Positions 1-10,079 of a stretch of DNA of 64,000 bases are shown here, piece by piece. The translations under genes and the position numbers were made by a program. Source of the DNA: a virus (taxonomy: Duplodnaviria > Caudoviricetes); the IMG/VR virus record IMGVR_UViG_3300037047_000246. The stretch is one strand, 5' to 3'. How positions within the stretch are numbered: position 1 is the stretch's first letter; the number at the start of each line of letters is the position of its first letter. The notes beneath the pieces were generated by a model. The model ran no database searches and was not told the DNA's origin. It saw only the letters and a list, made by a program, of their open reading frames with translations.

Positions 1-830
1 CCGCTGAATTGCAGGATGTCACCAGCCGCCCCGACAGGAACTTGTGCGGAGTTGTTAGTAGTCAGAACGTCGTACCAATTGGAGTCCCCATCGTACCTGA
101 TCTGCCAGGTGTTGTGTCCAACTGCGTCAAGATTGTCGTACCGCAAACCTGCTGACGGAGAAACCCCAGTGTTGGCAAGAATCTGGTAAGCGTTGGCGCT
201 GGCTGCGCCTGACTGGCCAAACACAATGTCACCACATGCAGCCGAATTGACTCCGCTGCCTGGAGTCAAAACCACGTTGCCGCCGGTGCTGCCGCTTGAC
301 GAACCTGCAGACAGTGTAAGACTTGTGCCTTGAGCAGCAGCGCTGTCTACAGTAAGTCCTCTTGTGCCGCCGGACGAGAACGGAATGGCTCCGCCCATCT
401 TGCCGAGGTTCCAGGACATGGTGCCGTTGACAGTTATCGGATCTCCTGCGCCGTCTCCAAGCACAATGCTTTCGTCAAAAGTGGTGTCGCCAATGACGTG
501 CTGGATGCCGCGAACAGTCAAGTCTCCGTGGACGACTACAGACATGCTGTATGGAGGACCGAGCTCGTCCCCTATATTGACCGTATCTCCGGCACTGCCT
601 ATGCTGATCGTTTTGTTGGCGGAGCCTGTGCCAATATCCACCACTGACGTGTTGGCACCACCTATGGACACAGACAGACTGTTCGCGTGTCCGCCGATGC
701 GCACACTGGCAGCGTTAGCGTCGCCGATGTGCAAAGTGGATCCTGCACTGTCTGCAGTTTCGAACGTGAGTACATCGGCCCCGATCCTGGAAATCGCGCC
801 TTTAAACACCAACGCTTGATAACTTGACAT
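1..830 (-). CDS. Tail-fibre-like virion protein, N-terminal part; runs off the left edge and is absent from the ORF track
   Basis: ATG at 830 opens MSSYQALVFKGAISRIGADVLTFETADSAGSTLHIGDANAASVRIGG..., rich in G/S/T/V with beta-repeat character (SIGGANTSVVDIGTGSANKTISIGSAG). I translated the first ~140 codons by hand without a stop; the absence from the track fits an ORF open at the edge. Confidence 0.65.
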   Translation of the reverse strand, partial: MSSYQALVFKGAISRIGADVLTFETADSAGSTLHIGDANAASVRIGGHANSLSVSIGGANTSVVDIGTGSANKTISIGSAGDTVNIGDELGPPYSMSVVVHGDLTVRGIQHVIGDTTFDESIVLGDGAGDPITVNGTMSWNLGKMGGAIPFSSGGTRGLTVDSAAAQGTSLTLSAGSSSGSTGGNVVLTPGSGVNSAACGDIVFGQSGAASANAYQILANTGVSPSAGLRYDNLDAVGHNTWQIRYDGDSNWYDVLTTNNSAQVPVGAAGDILQFS

Positions 831-851
831 GCCGTGATCTCCAGGCGGGAA

Positions 852-1076
852 CTATTGGATCTTCATGTAACGAGAGTCTACTGACATCAGTTTGACGGCA
901 TATTCATCTGCAATGTCGTATCCAATGTCCTGCCCTGGCGGAAAAAACTCACCGTTCTTAGGCAAAAACTCCGCCACAGTGCCATCCTTGAGCGGAATTC
1001 GGATCTTCTTGAGCCGACCCATGCTCTTGACGAAACCTTTGCGCGGTTTTTCGCCAACATACTTGAATCTAGACAT
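852..1076 (-). CDS. Small hypothetical protein in the virion module
   Basis: 74 aa ORF with a GGAGG SD, co-oriented with its neighbours. Confidence 0.6.
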   Translation of the reverse strand: MSRFKYVGEKPRKGFVKSMGRLKKIRIPLKDGTVAEFLPKNGEFFPPGQDIGYDIADEYAVKLMSVDSRYMKIQ

Positions 1077-1107
1077 CGCCGGGCCTCCACAGACTTGCGC
1101 GGTCGAA

Positions 1108-1461
1108 TCACTTCGGCGGGTTGCACAGTGTTTCTATATCTTCGCAAGTCTGCGCCAGTTTGACTATGCAGTCATTGTTCCAGGCAACTCCGTTATTGTG
1201 CTGGTAGACGCAGAAGTCCACGCACTGCACCGATCCGCCATCCTTGAACACAACCGGTTTGCCTTCTTCGCATCCGACGACGTCAGGACCGGCATCTGCT
1301 GGAGCAAGCTTGGCGTTCATTGCTTCGCAAGCGGCTGCGCACTGGTCAGATGACTGCGGAACAATGTGCGGGGCCGGGTCTTGCCCGGGGTGACTGGCGC
1401 ATGCTTGCACTAGCACGAACACTGATGCGCAGAAGGCGCGATTTGTGGACCACATGCCCAC
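1108..1461 (-). CDS. Cys-rich putative lipoprotein
   Basis: Hydrophobic N-terminus ending in lipobox-like VQAC, followed by several further Cys. Confidence 0.6.
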   Translation of the reverse strand: MGMWSTNRAFCASVFVLVQACASHPGQDPAPHIVPQSSDQCAAACEAMNAKLAPADAGPDVVGCEEGKPVVFKDGGSVQCVDFCVYQHNNGVAWNNDCIVKLAQTCEDIETLCNPPK

Positions 1462-1477
1462 ACTTGGAATGAGAATC

Positions 1478-2305
1478 CTAAAGAGATCCTCGAGTGGCGC
1501 ACCACAGAGACTTGGTTCCGGACCAGTCTACATAGTCTTTGTGCATCCAGCAGTAGCCAGCCTCGCCCCACCCGGTGCCCCAAGAGTTTCTGACCTTGAA
1601 CGCCTGGCGGCCTGGATCCCAACCGCATATGACCATGGCGTGTCTTCCAACTATGTAGTCAAAAGCGCCAGGTCGGCGGGCTACACCTCCCGGATAAGAT
1701 AGGAACGAGTTTGCCAGTGCGGTGCCAAACAGCACATTGTGCTTGGAGTTTAAAGCCTGGAGCACCGACGCAAGCCTGGCGTCTCCCTCTCCGCTTATGC
1801 TGTAAAAAGACGAGAACGTGTTGACGAAGGCTTCCCTGTACGACATGATGGACGGCCTGGTGGTGGCCTTCAGCGGATCATAGGGCCAACGGGCCTCAGT
1901 GCACACGCCGAATCTGGCCCCTACGTCCATAGCCAACCTGTTGTACGTGCCAGAGTTTGGATTGTTTGTCTGGTTTGGGTCCATTTCGTTTCTTGCATTC
2001 CACCACACGAACATCCTGGACAGGTCAGGGGTGGACGCTCTGGCGTTTGCCAGCGGCATGCCGGCCGAGACCTTGTCTAGCACCAAGGCGGCCTCCAACA
2101 TGTCCGCGGCAGCGTTCGCCACGCATGCTGGCAAACTGAACTGATTGGAAATGTCTTTGAAGTACGGCGAATTGTCGACGATTTTTGAATCGGCAGTCGC
2201 ACAAGCGGACATCGGACTGGCCGAGAACGGCAGATCCCTGACGTCCGGCGGGTCTTCCACCCACCCGAAATTGCGCGCCACTCTTACGCCGGAAATGGTT
2301 ACCAT
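1478..2305 (-). CDS. Papain-like cysteine protease (peptidase C1A, xylellain-like)
   Basis: GWVEDPPDVRD N-terminus; oxyanion Q and catalytic C (NQFSLPACVA), H (GRHAMVICGW) and N (VRNSWGTGWGEAGY). Confidence 0.92.
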   Translation of the reverse strand: MVTISGVRVARNFGWVEDPPDVRDLPFSASPMSACATADSKIVDNSPYFKDISNQFSLPACVANAAADMLEAALVLDKVSAGMPLANARASTPDLSRMFVWWNARNEMDPNQTNNPNSGTYNRLAMDVGARFGVCTEARWPYDPLKATTRPSIMSYREAFVNTFSSFYSISGEGDARLASVLQALNSKHNVLFGTALANSFLSYPGGVARRPGAFDYIVGRHAMVICGWDPGRQAFKVRNSWGTGWGEAGYCWMHKDYVDWSGTKSLWCATRGSL

Positions 2306-2349
2306 GAGGCCTCCTGACTAAGGCCTCCTGATAAACAGCCTGACTCGAA

Positions 2350-2658
2350 CTAAATCCTGGTGAAGGTCATGGTGGAGATGTCGAAGTCCAGAGGGCGTTC
2401 GTCCGGATTCAGCCCATACTCTGCAGCAGTCTTCTTGATCCTGTCGTACAGGCTCCTGTCCAGACTGATCACTTGCTGCGCTGCTTGAGCTCTTTGCATA
2501 GCCAAAGACTCTGCCTGCGCAGCAATGTTGGCCAGTTCCATTTTGGCCCGCGAGAGTTCTTGATTGATCTCTTTTATGATCTTCTGATCTTCGTCCTTAA
2601 CTCTGATTTTGGCGGGCGCTTCTTCCAGGTCGTTTTTTGTCTCATTTGCAGCTGTCAT
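2350..2658 (-). CDS. Coiled-coil hypothetical protein
   Basis: 102 aa with a heptad-like A/E/Q/L-rich helix. Confidence 0.65.
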   Translation of the reverse strand: MTAANETKNDLEEAPAKIRVKDEDQKIIKEINQELSRAKMELANIAAQAESLAMQRAQAAQQVISLDRSLYDRIKKTAAEYGLNPDERPLDFDISTMTFTRI

Positions 2659-2740
2659 GTCAACACCATACCCGAGTCAAACGTCTTGAGCATCACAAAG
2701 AGCGCCTCGGCTCCTCGTGACGGACGTTACCGACAGCAGC

Positions 2741-4543
2741 CTACATCACTATTGGTCTTGACTGCTGCAAGTACACATGAGGCGTAGCTGAAGATGTTTT
2801 TGCGTATCCGACAACAGTCACATGTCCGGATCCAGGAATTGCGTGGGTGACTTTGCCCGGAGTGGTGGCAAGGTACAAAACCTCGCCCTTTGTGGATATC
2901 CCAGCATCCATGTTGCACACAGCAACCCCGGCCACCGTCATCAAGTTTGCTCCGCTCTTGACTCCGACCGCCACAGCTTCAGCCAAAGTGCCGCCGGACT
3001 GCGACAGCACCATGTCATCATCAGAGTTTGTGTGCACAACGTCGCCAACTTCTATTACGCCAACTTCCCCGGATGTTTCAACTGCTGGTCCTGCATGCGT
3101 GTGCAGCAGCGTGGCGTCTGACGCCGGACCGGCGGTCAGCGTGCCCAAACCAGCCGAAGTCACGTTTGCACTGACCGACAAGCCTTCTATCTGGAATCTG
3201 GCAGAGGCGTTGTTCGGAAGGTTGACATTGGCTGCGCCGACAGCGCTGAGAATTTTGGTGGAGTAGTTGAACTGAAGGCTGTCGCCGTCTCCGATAGACA
3301 CAGACCCGCCATGGAGGCGGATGCTGCCCCTGGAAGCTCCATTTGCGCTGATAGCTAGCGTGATGCTTCCGCTGGCTTCAGACCCTCCGTCGCCAGAATT
3401 TATGAGAACGTCGCCTCCAAACTCGTTGCCTGCGCCGCCCCAAATCGACACCTCGCCGCCGGATCCAGCAGTTCCTCCCAAGCTGGCGTTGCCGCCAACA
3501 AGGGTAATTATCCCTCCTGAAGCTCCTGCTCCAGCTCCGCCGTCCACCCCAGCTGCGCCGGCAGCCAGCACAACTGCGCCTCCAGCTCCAGCACCGAGGA
3601 CCGCAGTGCCGGCGCCGCCGGCGCCGCCGCGGACTGTGAGAAACCCGCCCGCTCCGCCGCCGGTCGCCAACGCCGCACCGCCGGCACCGCCGGCGACAAC
3701 GAAATTCTTGCCCAGCAAGTCGCTGGTCGAAGCCAGCGGACCCAAGTATCTGTCCCCTGCAGCGACTGGACTCAGCAAAATGTCGTAAACTGCTTGCCAC
3801 CCGCCCGAGCTCCACTCAAGGTGCTGATAGTCCGCGCCGGCGGCCAGAGGGTCCCACTCCACCCACGAGAGCGGGTCCCCAGGCGGCGACGCCAGCCGCC
3901 AAAGCTTGGACGTGCCCGCAACAAAAGAGAACATCCCAGTTTTGCGAAGAGTCTCCGGTATGCTGTCTCGTTCAGCGTTGTCAAAGACTACTCTGAACCC
4001 TCCCACGCAGTTGACGTCTTCGATGTTGGAGGGCAGCCACTGAGACCCATCCGACACCAGAGACTGCCCTGGCGAAGGACTGTCGGACGACAATCCGACA
4101 CCTTGCAGTCCAACGACTGTTTGAATGGTGTCGTCGCCTGACAAGTCGCCGCCGGCCGAAAACGCGCCGCCTGGGTCTCCTTTGTCTCCCTTGTCCCCCG
4201 GCAAGCCAGGTTCTCCGCGAGGCCCTGGCGGTCCGAGGGGTCCTCTCTGGCCTCGAACTCCAGGAGGGCCCTGAACGCTGCTCAGTCTGGAGCCCGCTTT
4301 GGCAAGCTTGACTGCAAACGTGTATTCCCATACCTGGTGAGCAGTCGTGACGCTAGTCAGTATGATTTGCGTCAGCATGTACTCTCTGCCAATGCCGAGA
4401 GTGCCGTAGACTTGGTTGTGCACAGCCGGGTCGTCAAACTGCAATGCCGGGTTTGGCAAAACTGCATCTGACGTGATTATCACTGTAGCCCGATAAGTGT
4501 CGAGCTCATCGGACGCCTGTTTGATCGTTCCGACCTTCAGCAT
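2741..4543 (-). CDS. Collagen-repeat, Gly-rich tail fibre or virion appendage protein
   Basis: GPPGVRGQRGPLGPPGPRGEPG collagen tract and a long GGAGGA region; N-terminal ~90 aa paralogous to 6410..7285. Confidence 0.8.
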   Translation of the reverse strand: MLKVGTIKQASDELDTYRATVIITSDAVLPNPALQFDDPAVHNQVYGTLGIGREYMLTQIILTSVTTAHQVWEYTFAVKLAKAGSRLSSVQGPPGVRGQRGPLGPPGPRGEPGLPGDKGDKGDPGGAFSAGGDLSGDDTIQTVVGLQGVGLSSDSPSPGQSLVSDGSQWLPSNIEDVNCVGGFRVVFDNAERDSIPETLRKTGMFSFVAGTSKLWRLASPPGDPLSWVEWDPLAAGADYQHLEWSSGGWQAVYDILLSPVAAGDRYLGPLASTSDLLGKNFVVAGGAGGAALATGGGAGGFLTVRGGAGGAGTAVLGAGAGGAVVLAAGAAGVDGGAGAGASGGIITLVGGNASLGGTAGSGGEVSIWGGAGNEFGGDVLINSGDGGSEASGSITLAISANGASRGSIRLHGGSVSIGDGDSLQFNYSTKILSAVGAANVNLPNNASARFQIEGLSVSANVTSAGLGTLTAGPASDATLLHTHAGPAVETSGEVGVIEVGDVVHTNSDDDMVLSQSGGTLAEAVAVGVKSGANLMTVAGVAVCNMDAGISTKGEVLYLATTPGKVTHAIPGSGHVTVVGYAKTSSATPHVYLQQSRPIVM

Positions 4544-4576
4544 CTCGCCGTGTCGGTTTCAATAGAAGCCGCGGAG

Positions 4577-5188
4577 TCAGCTTGTTTTGACATGCACGAT
4601 AGTGCCCAGCGGAGGCACGATAATGCCTCCGCCAGGATATGGGGCTGCAGGGTCTTGAGACTCCCAGGAAACGTAGGCGCCGGACTCCACCCTCCAAGCC
4701 CGCTTGGCGTACGTCACTACGGGCGCCGGAGCAGCAGCACGCACAAGTTTGGTTTGATCCGCCACCACAGGGTTCAGCTGGCTGGCGTCGATTATGGACC
4801 ACTCCTCCACAGCAAGAGAGTCCCAGTCAGAGTATCCGCCTGACTGCTGATACACGCCTATGTAGAACGTGGTGCCGTTGGCTGTCTGAATCACGTCGAT
4901 TGGCTGCCAGTCGGTGGATGTGCTGCCCTCAAACGCCAGCACGCCTTGCAGCCAAATTTGCGGCAGCCGTGTGCCGTCTGATCGGCACGCGCCTCTTATG
5001 CGGTAAGTGCGGCCGTTGACGAGTTTGATCTGCTTCGCATATCCGTACGTGGCGCCGGTGTGCGTGACCCGCATATACCTGACGCCGGCGTACGGCGTGT
5101 CTGTGCGCTTTTCCAGCGTGGCCCCGTCCGCAGTCCAAGACGCGGTTGTGAGAGCCTCCATGTCCCAGTCGTCGATGACGATCGTCAT
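4577..5188 (-). CDS. Putative carbohydrate-binding-module-like (jelly-roll) virion protein
   Basis: DMEALTTASW...TPYAGVRYMRVT...LVNGRTYRIRGACRS pattern resembles CBM4/9-like domains of tail proteins; judged by pattern only. Confidence 0.5.
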   Translation of the reverse strand: MTIVIDDWDMEALTTASWTADGATLEKRTDTPYAGVRYMRVTHTGATYGYAKQIKLVNGRTYRIRGACRSDGTRLPQIWLQGVLAFEGSTSTDWQPIDVIQTANGTTFYIGVYQQSGGYSDWDSLAVEEWSIIDASQLNPVVADQTKLVRAAAPAPVVTYAKRAWRVESGAYVSWESQDPAAPYPGGGIIVPPLGTIVHVKTS

Positions 5189-6369
5189 AGCTGAAAGTCA
5201 ATCCCGGCTCTGGTCGCGTTGGTGCCGGGAACACTTGCGCCATCCCAGGCCAAGGCCATCATGGGCTGAGCTGCGGAAGACGAACCTAAAACGGCTCGCC
5301 TCAGGTTGCCGTCCATGGTGTGGTTCATGTGGTTGTAAGTTTCTCTCACCAGCGCAGGGCTGAGCGTTCCTACAATGCCTTGGTACGCCTCGGAGCAAAG
5401 CAAAGGAATGTCGCACAGGTTCATTCTATTGGGCCCAGGAGTCCATACTTTGCTCGGGCTATATGTGGGTATGGTGCCGGCTGCGCCAACATTTTGTAGG
5501 CGGTCTATCCTCGCCATGCGCTCCTGGTCTCCGGGTAGGTCCATGCCTCCTCCGAGATCCAGGCCGTTGATTGGGCCAAAGTCAGTAGCAACTGAAATTG
5601 GCGGAGAGTTGTTGGTGATCATAGCCATGACGCCGCCAGCGGATTTCATGTCTGGCTCTTCCACAATGGCTCCAAGGTAGCTGAATCCGTAACTTGACCC
5701 TGCATTGTCTGAAAACACGCACACCACGGCGTCACCATCAGTCAAAAAACTGACGCGGTATGGATAATACGAGTCACTATTCACTATAGAACCCATGTTC
5801 TTTTTGGAGGCAGCGTGCGCTCCACCAAGCCCGTTGCTTCTAGGCAGCACGGCCACGCGGGTGCCTCCAGCAGGGATCTTCCAGTATGGCTCGCTGCCTT
5901 TTATATCCGTGCCGTCGTTGTTTGTGGTGCCGTTCCAAATGCTGGCTGTGCTTCCTATGCCCCTGGCAATCTGCCATCCGAATAGGTTGTACCTATTAGA
6001 CACGCCACCGTTTATGAGAGCCGGATGATCTACTGCCCCGAAGTTTATGGTATATCCGCTCACTTGGAAATGGAGATACCACGGCCAGGACCTGCCGGCA
6101 TTGGGCGGGAACCTGTACAGGAACCAAGCATTGGTACCAAAAGGGTTGGCCTCGTCCGGCCAGTCGGACCCTGGGTTGACTGGCCAACCCGTGCCGACGA
6201 GGTTTGAAGACCCTTTGAACCACGCGATGCGCTCGCATATCCCTAGGTTTTTGAAATGCTCCATCGCTTGGAACGTGGCTTTCATCCACATTCTTGCTTG
6301 AGTGCCCTGGAGACCCAGCGTGCTGTACAAATTTGGGAGATAGCACTCGATTTTTCCATAAACGGTCAT
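5185..6369 (-). CDS. Virion-associated hypothetical protein
   Basis: 394 aa, rich in G/W/P; its stop overlaps the start of 4577..5188 within the fibre module. Confidence 0.65.
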   Translation of the reverse strand: MTVYGKIECYLPNLYSTLGLQGTQARMWMKATFQAMEHFKNLGICERIAWFKGSSNLVGTGWPVNPGSDWPDEANPFGTNAWFLYRFPPNAGRSWPWYLHFQVSGYTINFGAVDHPALINGGVSNRYNLFGWQIARGIGSTASIWNGTTNNDGTDIKGSEPYWKIPAGGTRVAVLPRSNGLGGAHAASKKNMGSIVNSDSYYPYRVSFLTDGDAVVCVFSDNAGSSYGFSYLGAIVEEPDMKSAGGVMAMITNNSPPISVATDFGPINGLDLGGGMDLPGDQERMARIDRLQNVGAAGTIPTYSPSKVWTPGPNRMNLCDIPLLCSEAYQGIVGTLSPALVRETYNHMNHTMDGNLRRAVLGSSSAAQPMMALAWDGASVPGTNATRAGIDFQL

Positions 6370-6409
6370 GTCACGTCGCCTTGGTGAAAAACCTCAGTTG
6401 TGCTTGTTG

Positions 6410-7285
6410 TCACGAAAAATCGACACGCAGGCAAGCTTTCATGCAGCAGCACGCCCCGCCAGCATTGTTTGGCGTGCACATCCAAACTTCCAGCTGCTGA
6501 GAACCCGCAGCAAGCACCACGGCCTGGCTGATTTCGGTGTCTGCTGCAAACGGCCCAAGCTCGCCGGTGAGGCTGTTGTGGTTCGTGAAGTCATACAGCT
6601 GCACGAGAGCAGTGCTTCCGTTTGGCACCACCACTGCAGCTTTGAAAGTTGCGGACACAGCGCCAGTGCCCAAACTGGCTGGATCGAAGCTTGTGGTCGC
6701 ACCGAGAACTTCGTAGACGACGGTGGCGGCGTAGGCTTTGCCGGCTAGGAGCACAATCTCGGCGAAATTTGGTCCGTTCGCCGGGGGTCCTTGCGGCCCT
6801 GGGTCGCCTTGATCGCCTTTGTCGCCAGGCAGACCTTGCTGCCCAGGCAGACCCTGCTGCCCTTGCTGCCCGACGTCTCCTTTGTCGCCTTTGTCTCCGG
6901 TGGCCCCGGGAATGCCAGGTTCGCCGGAGTCCCCCTTATCCCCTCTTTCGCCAGGAGGGCCTTTGGGGCCGGGCGGTCCCCTATCCCCTCTGTCTCCCTG
7001 GGGTCCTGAAGCCACATCCAGCTGCACGCCTGGTCTGGCGAATTTGAGCGCAAAACTGTACCCGAAGACGCCGGTGCTGGTTTTTGACACCTGCACAAGG
7101 AACAAGTTCGCGACAAAGTACTCCTTGCCTATGCCAAGCGCCCTATACACTTGGTCCATGACGTCAGGTTTGGTCAGCTCACACACCGGATCGGGCAGCA
7201 CGACGTCGGAACTCAGCAAAGCCGTGGCTTTAACAGTCCCAGGCTGGTCCGACACCTGCTTCATCACGCCTATGGTCGTAGTCAT
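6410..7285 (-). CDS. Collagen-repeat protein, paralogue of 2741..4543
   Basis: About 24 Gly-X-Y triplets ([25 protein letters not shown]...) and a shared N-terminal domain. Confidence 0.85.
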   Translation of the reverse strand: MTTTIGVMKQVSDQPGTVKATALLSSDVVLPDPVCELTKPDVMDQVYRALGIGKEYFVANLFLVQVSKTSTGVFGYSFALKFARPGVQLDVASGPQGDRGDRGPPGPKGPPGERGDKGDSGEPGIPGATGDKGDKGDVGQQGQQGLPGQQGLPGDKGDQGDPGPQGPPANGPNFAEIVLLAGKAYAATVVYEVLGATTSFDPASLGTGAVSATFKAAVVVPNGSTALVQLYDFTNHNSLTGELGPFAADTEISQAVVLAAGSQQLEVWMCTPNNAGGACCCMKACLRVDFS

Positions 7286-7545
7286 GCAACGACGCCAGGG
7301 TATGAAAAACGCAGTGTACTAGAACATTTCAACCGGCCAGCATGGCGTCGGCTCGAGCGGATCTGTTGCCCGGCTCGTCGTCATGCCCGGGTCGGCGTTG
7401 CAGTCGTGGTCCCAAATGGCGCATCCGCGGCACATCGCCGCAACCTTGCAGCTGTGGGTGAGCTCGACCGCGTCCTGGTGCGGCCTGCCGCAAATTTCGC
7501 ACCACTGCGGAAAACCAGGGTCCTTCTTGCCGCACAGCACGCAGT

Positions 7546-7866
7546 TCACTGAAGACTTTCCAACCGAAGCTTGCCTGCCACGTCGACAACTCTGTCGCCC
7601 GGCGCGACGCGGAATCCGAGCTTTCGGCTCAGATTTTTGGCCCCATCTTCCTTGGCGTGCTGGTCCCAAAAGTCGCTACAAATCGACAGATCTGTGACAA
7701 ATGCCTCTGGATGGCCCACGGCTTCAAGGACTTTGCTGATCCACTTGCGGAGATCGTTGATGCGGCTTGACCGCACGTAGGTCACCTGGATCTCGCCGCT
7801 GCGAATCTTGCGGGCAATTTCAGCTGTCCTGGCGCACGATTCCGAAGTTCTCTTGAAGTCTGTCAT
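7546..7866 (-). CDS. Hypothetical protein
   Basis: Start at MTDFKR overlaps the upstream stop (ATGA coupling). Confidence 0.65.
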   Translation of the reverse strand: MTDFKRTSESCARTAEIARKIRSGEIQVTYVRSSRINDLRKWISKVLEAVGHPEAFVTDLSICSDFWDQHAKEDGAKNLSRKLGFRVAPGDRVVDVAGKLRLESLQ

Positions 7867-8069
7867 GAGTTCATTACCTGCTTGACGCGGTGCACGTCGC
7901 AGTCCTCTGGCATATGCTGATGGTCCGGATGGCGCAGGCCGCCGCAGTGCTCGCACGGCACCCACACCATATCCTTGTATGTTTGCAGATCCATCCAAAT
8001 TTTGCTGCAGACGAGCGTCTGCCGATCTATCGCGGCGAACGCTTCACGCAGCGTCTTGCGCGAAATCAC
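7863..8069 (-). CDS. CxxC/H/C zinc-finger micro-protein with C-terminal tag (VKQVMNS)
   Basis: PCEHCGGLRHPDHQHMPEDCDVHRVKQVMNS*. Confidence 0.75.
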   Translation of the reverse strand: MISRKTLREAFAAIDRQTLVCSKIWMDLQTYKDMVWVPCEHCGGLRHPDHQHMPEDCDVHRVKQVMNS

Positions 8070-8389
8070 TTCTTCACCAAGAAGTCAACATGGATGTAGC
8101 GCAGTGGCATGGCTACGCGCATTATCATCTCGGAATGCATTTCGTCTTGAGGCTCTTCCATGACTTCGCGCACTAGAGCCTCGGCCGGGTCGTCCTCGAC
8201 CATACGGACGCCCTCGAGTATTGCGAGGCCTGGGTCCAAATCGGCCAAGACAACAGCAAGCGCTCTAGCGGGTTGCTTGGCCGACATCTCGCCACCCACC
8301 GCATAGCTTCTGCGCACCGCTTCGTCGATCGCTCCTTTAAGCTCGTCGAGATCGGTCTCGGATGCGCCACACTCGCCAGGTCCCGTCAT
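8066..8389 (-). CDS. Hypothetical protein with an internal tag-like motif (LVREVMEE)
   Basis: Start at MTGPGEC overlaps the upstream stop. Confidence 0.55.
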   Translation of the reverse strand: MTGPGECGASETDLDELKGAIDEAVRRSYAVGGEMSAKQPARALAVVLADLDPGLAILEGVRMVEDDPAEALVREVMEEPQDEMHSEMIMRVAMPLRYIHVDFLVKK

Positions 8390-8781
8390 TGGTTCATCAT
8401 GTCTCCCAAAAGGAAGATCTCGACAGCGTGCAGCAAATCGTCGGCCGACATTCTGTCGAGACATGGCAAGACAACACCAAATCCGGTCTGTTTGATCGCT
8501 ACGTATTTTTGCTCGTACTCGCTCAGGTAATCGTACCGCTGCGCCAATCGAAGTCTGCAACTGTCCAAGCCGACGTCCAGCACGAAGGTAATGGTCCAAC
8601 CTGGTTCTACCACTTGAAATTTAAAAGAGAATGTCTCGTTGACGTGCTTCCTGATTTCTGCCCACACGGTTTCCACCGACTGCCGGCGAAGACAGTTTTC
8701 GCCAACGCCGTCCAAGTCAATGACTACAGACAACGCCCGCTTGACGTCAGACGAATATATGTCGGCTGGTACGGGAGTCAC
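8386..8781 (-). CDS. Hypothetical protein with a variant tag (LGDMMNQ)
   Basis: GTG start overlaps the purB stop (GTGA); the track ORF's 5' extension overlaps purB and is probably not translated. Confidence 0.65.
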   Translation of the reverse strand: MTPVPADIYSSDVKRALSVVIDLDGVGENCLRRQSVETVWAEIRKHVNETFSFKFQVVEPGWTITFVLDVGLDSCRLRLAQRYDYLSEYEQKYVAIKQTGFGVVLPCLDRMSADDLLHAVEIFLLGDMMNQ

Positions 8782-10079
8782 GCGACAATTTCCGGCAATG
8801 CTCTCTGCAAAATTGAATCTGCGTGGCGCAAGACGTAGTTCAAGTCGAAGCAGCGCGCCGCCCCCTCGGGGCCTATGGCGGCGAGCACTTCCGGGTGGGA
8901 AGTTATTCTGTCTCGAAACGGCGCTGGAGACATCGCGCACGACTGCACTATTTTGTAAGCCTGAGATTTGATCATGCCAGACCTCACGAGCGCCAACATC
9001 ACCGACTCGCTGAAGATCAAACCGCACGTCGCCCGCAGATTCAAGTCCATCCGGCCCTCGTCCACTACCAAGTTCTGCACCAGCAGAAGCGCCCTGTCCA
9101 GCATGTGCGCCAAGGCAGCAGTGACGTCCGGAGCTATCATGCGCTCGACCGACGAGTGCGAAATGTCGCGCTCATGCCACAACACGGCGTTTTCCATCGC
9201 CGGCGCAACGGCGGACCGGACGTATCTTGCCAGTCCGCACAGTTGCTCAGAAACTATGGGGTTGCGTTTGTGAGGCATCGCCGAGGAGCCCGTCTGGCCA
9301 CGGGAGAAGCTCTCTCGCACTTCGGCCACCTCGGTGCGGGCCAGATGCCTGAATGCCAGAGCAAGCCTCTCGAGGCCTGTCGCGACCATGCCGCACACCC
9401 AAAACAAGGCGGCGTGCCGGTCGCGGGCCACTACCTGGGTCGGCACCGGCTCCGGCCGCAGCCCAAAGTCGAGCAAGATTTCGCGCTCGATCTCTGGATC
9501 GAGATGCGCGTAGGTACCCACGGCCCCTGAGATAGTACCTGTTTGGATTCCGAGCTGGGCCTGCAGCAGATGGTGCTGCGCCCGCTGCAGCTCCTGGAAG
9601 TGCCCAGCCAGCACCAGCCCGAACGTAGTGGGCTCGGCATGCTGCCCGTGCGTGCGGCCCACCATGGCAGTGCCGGCATGCTCTCGGGCTCGCACGGCCA
9701 GGGCGCACATCACAGCTTCCAACCTCAGATACAGCAGCGCGCACGCCCGATCCAGCAGCACAGCGAGCGCCGTGTCGACCACGTCGCTAGAGGTCAGTCC
9801 GTGGTGCAGCCACCTGGCGGCAGGCCCCAAACTCTCTTCCAGGTGGCGCAGGAACGCCACCACGTCGTGCCGGGTCTCGGCTTCCAGCTCCGCGACGCGG
9901 GCCGGGTCGGGGCGAAAATTCTGCGCAGCCGCCGTCAGAACGTCTGTCGTGCCAGCAGGCACGATGCCATGGTTTTCCATGGCCGCAGCGGCAGACATCT
10001 CGATCCTGAACCAAGTGTCGAGCCTAGTCTGGTCGGACCACAGATCGGCGAATTCTTTAGGTGTATACCTGGGAATCAC
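8778..10079 (-). CDS. purB: Adenylosuccinate lyase
   Basis: Fumarate-lyase signature GSSAMPHKRNP, plus GRTHGQHAEPTT, HHGLTSSDVVDT and LWHERDISHSSVER. GTG start (IPRYT...) after AAGGTGA gives 433 aa. Confidence 0.97.
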   Translation of the reverse strand: MIPRYTPKEFADLWSDQTRLDTWFRIEMSAAAAMENHGIVPAGTTDVLTAAAQNFRPDPARVAELEAETRHDVVAFLRHLEESLGPAARWLHHGLTSSDVVDTALAVLLDRACALLYLRLEAVMCALAVRAREHAGTAMVGRTHGQHAEPTTFGLVLAGHFQELQRAQHHLLQAQLGIQTGTISGAVGTYAHLDPEIEREILLDFGLRPEPVPTQVVARDRHAALFWVCGMVATGLERLALAFRHLARTEVAEVRESFSRGQTGSSAMPHKRNPIVSEQLCGLARYVRSAVAPAMENAVLWHERDISHSSVERMIAPDVTAALAHMLDRALLLVQNLVVDEGRMDLNLRATCGLIFSESVMLALVRSGMIKSQAYKIVQSCAMSPAPFRDRITSHPEVLAAIGPEGAARCFDLNYVLRHADSILQRALPEIVA

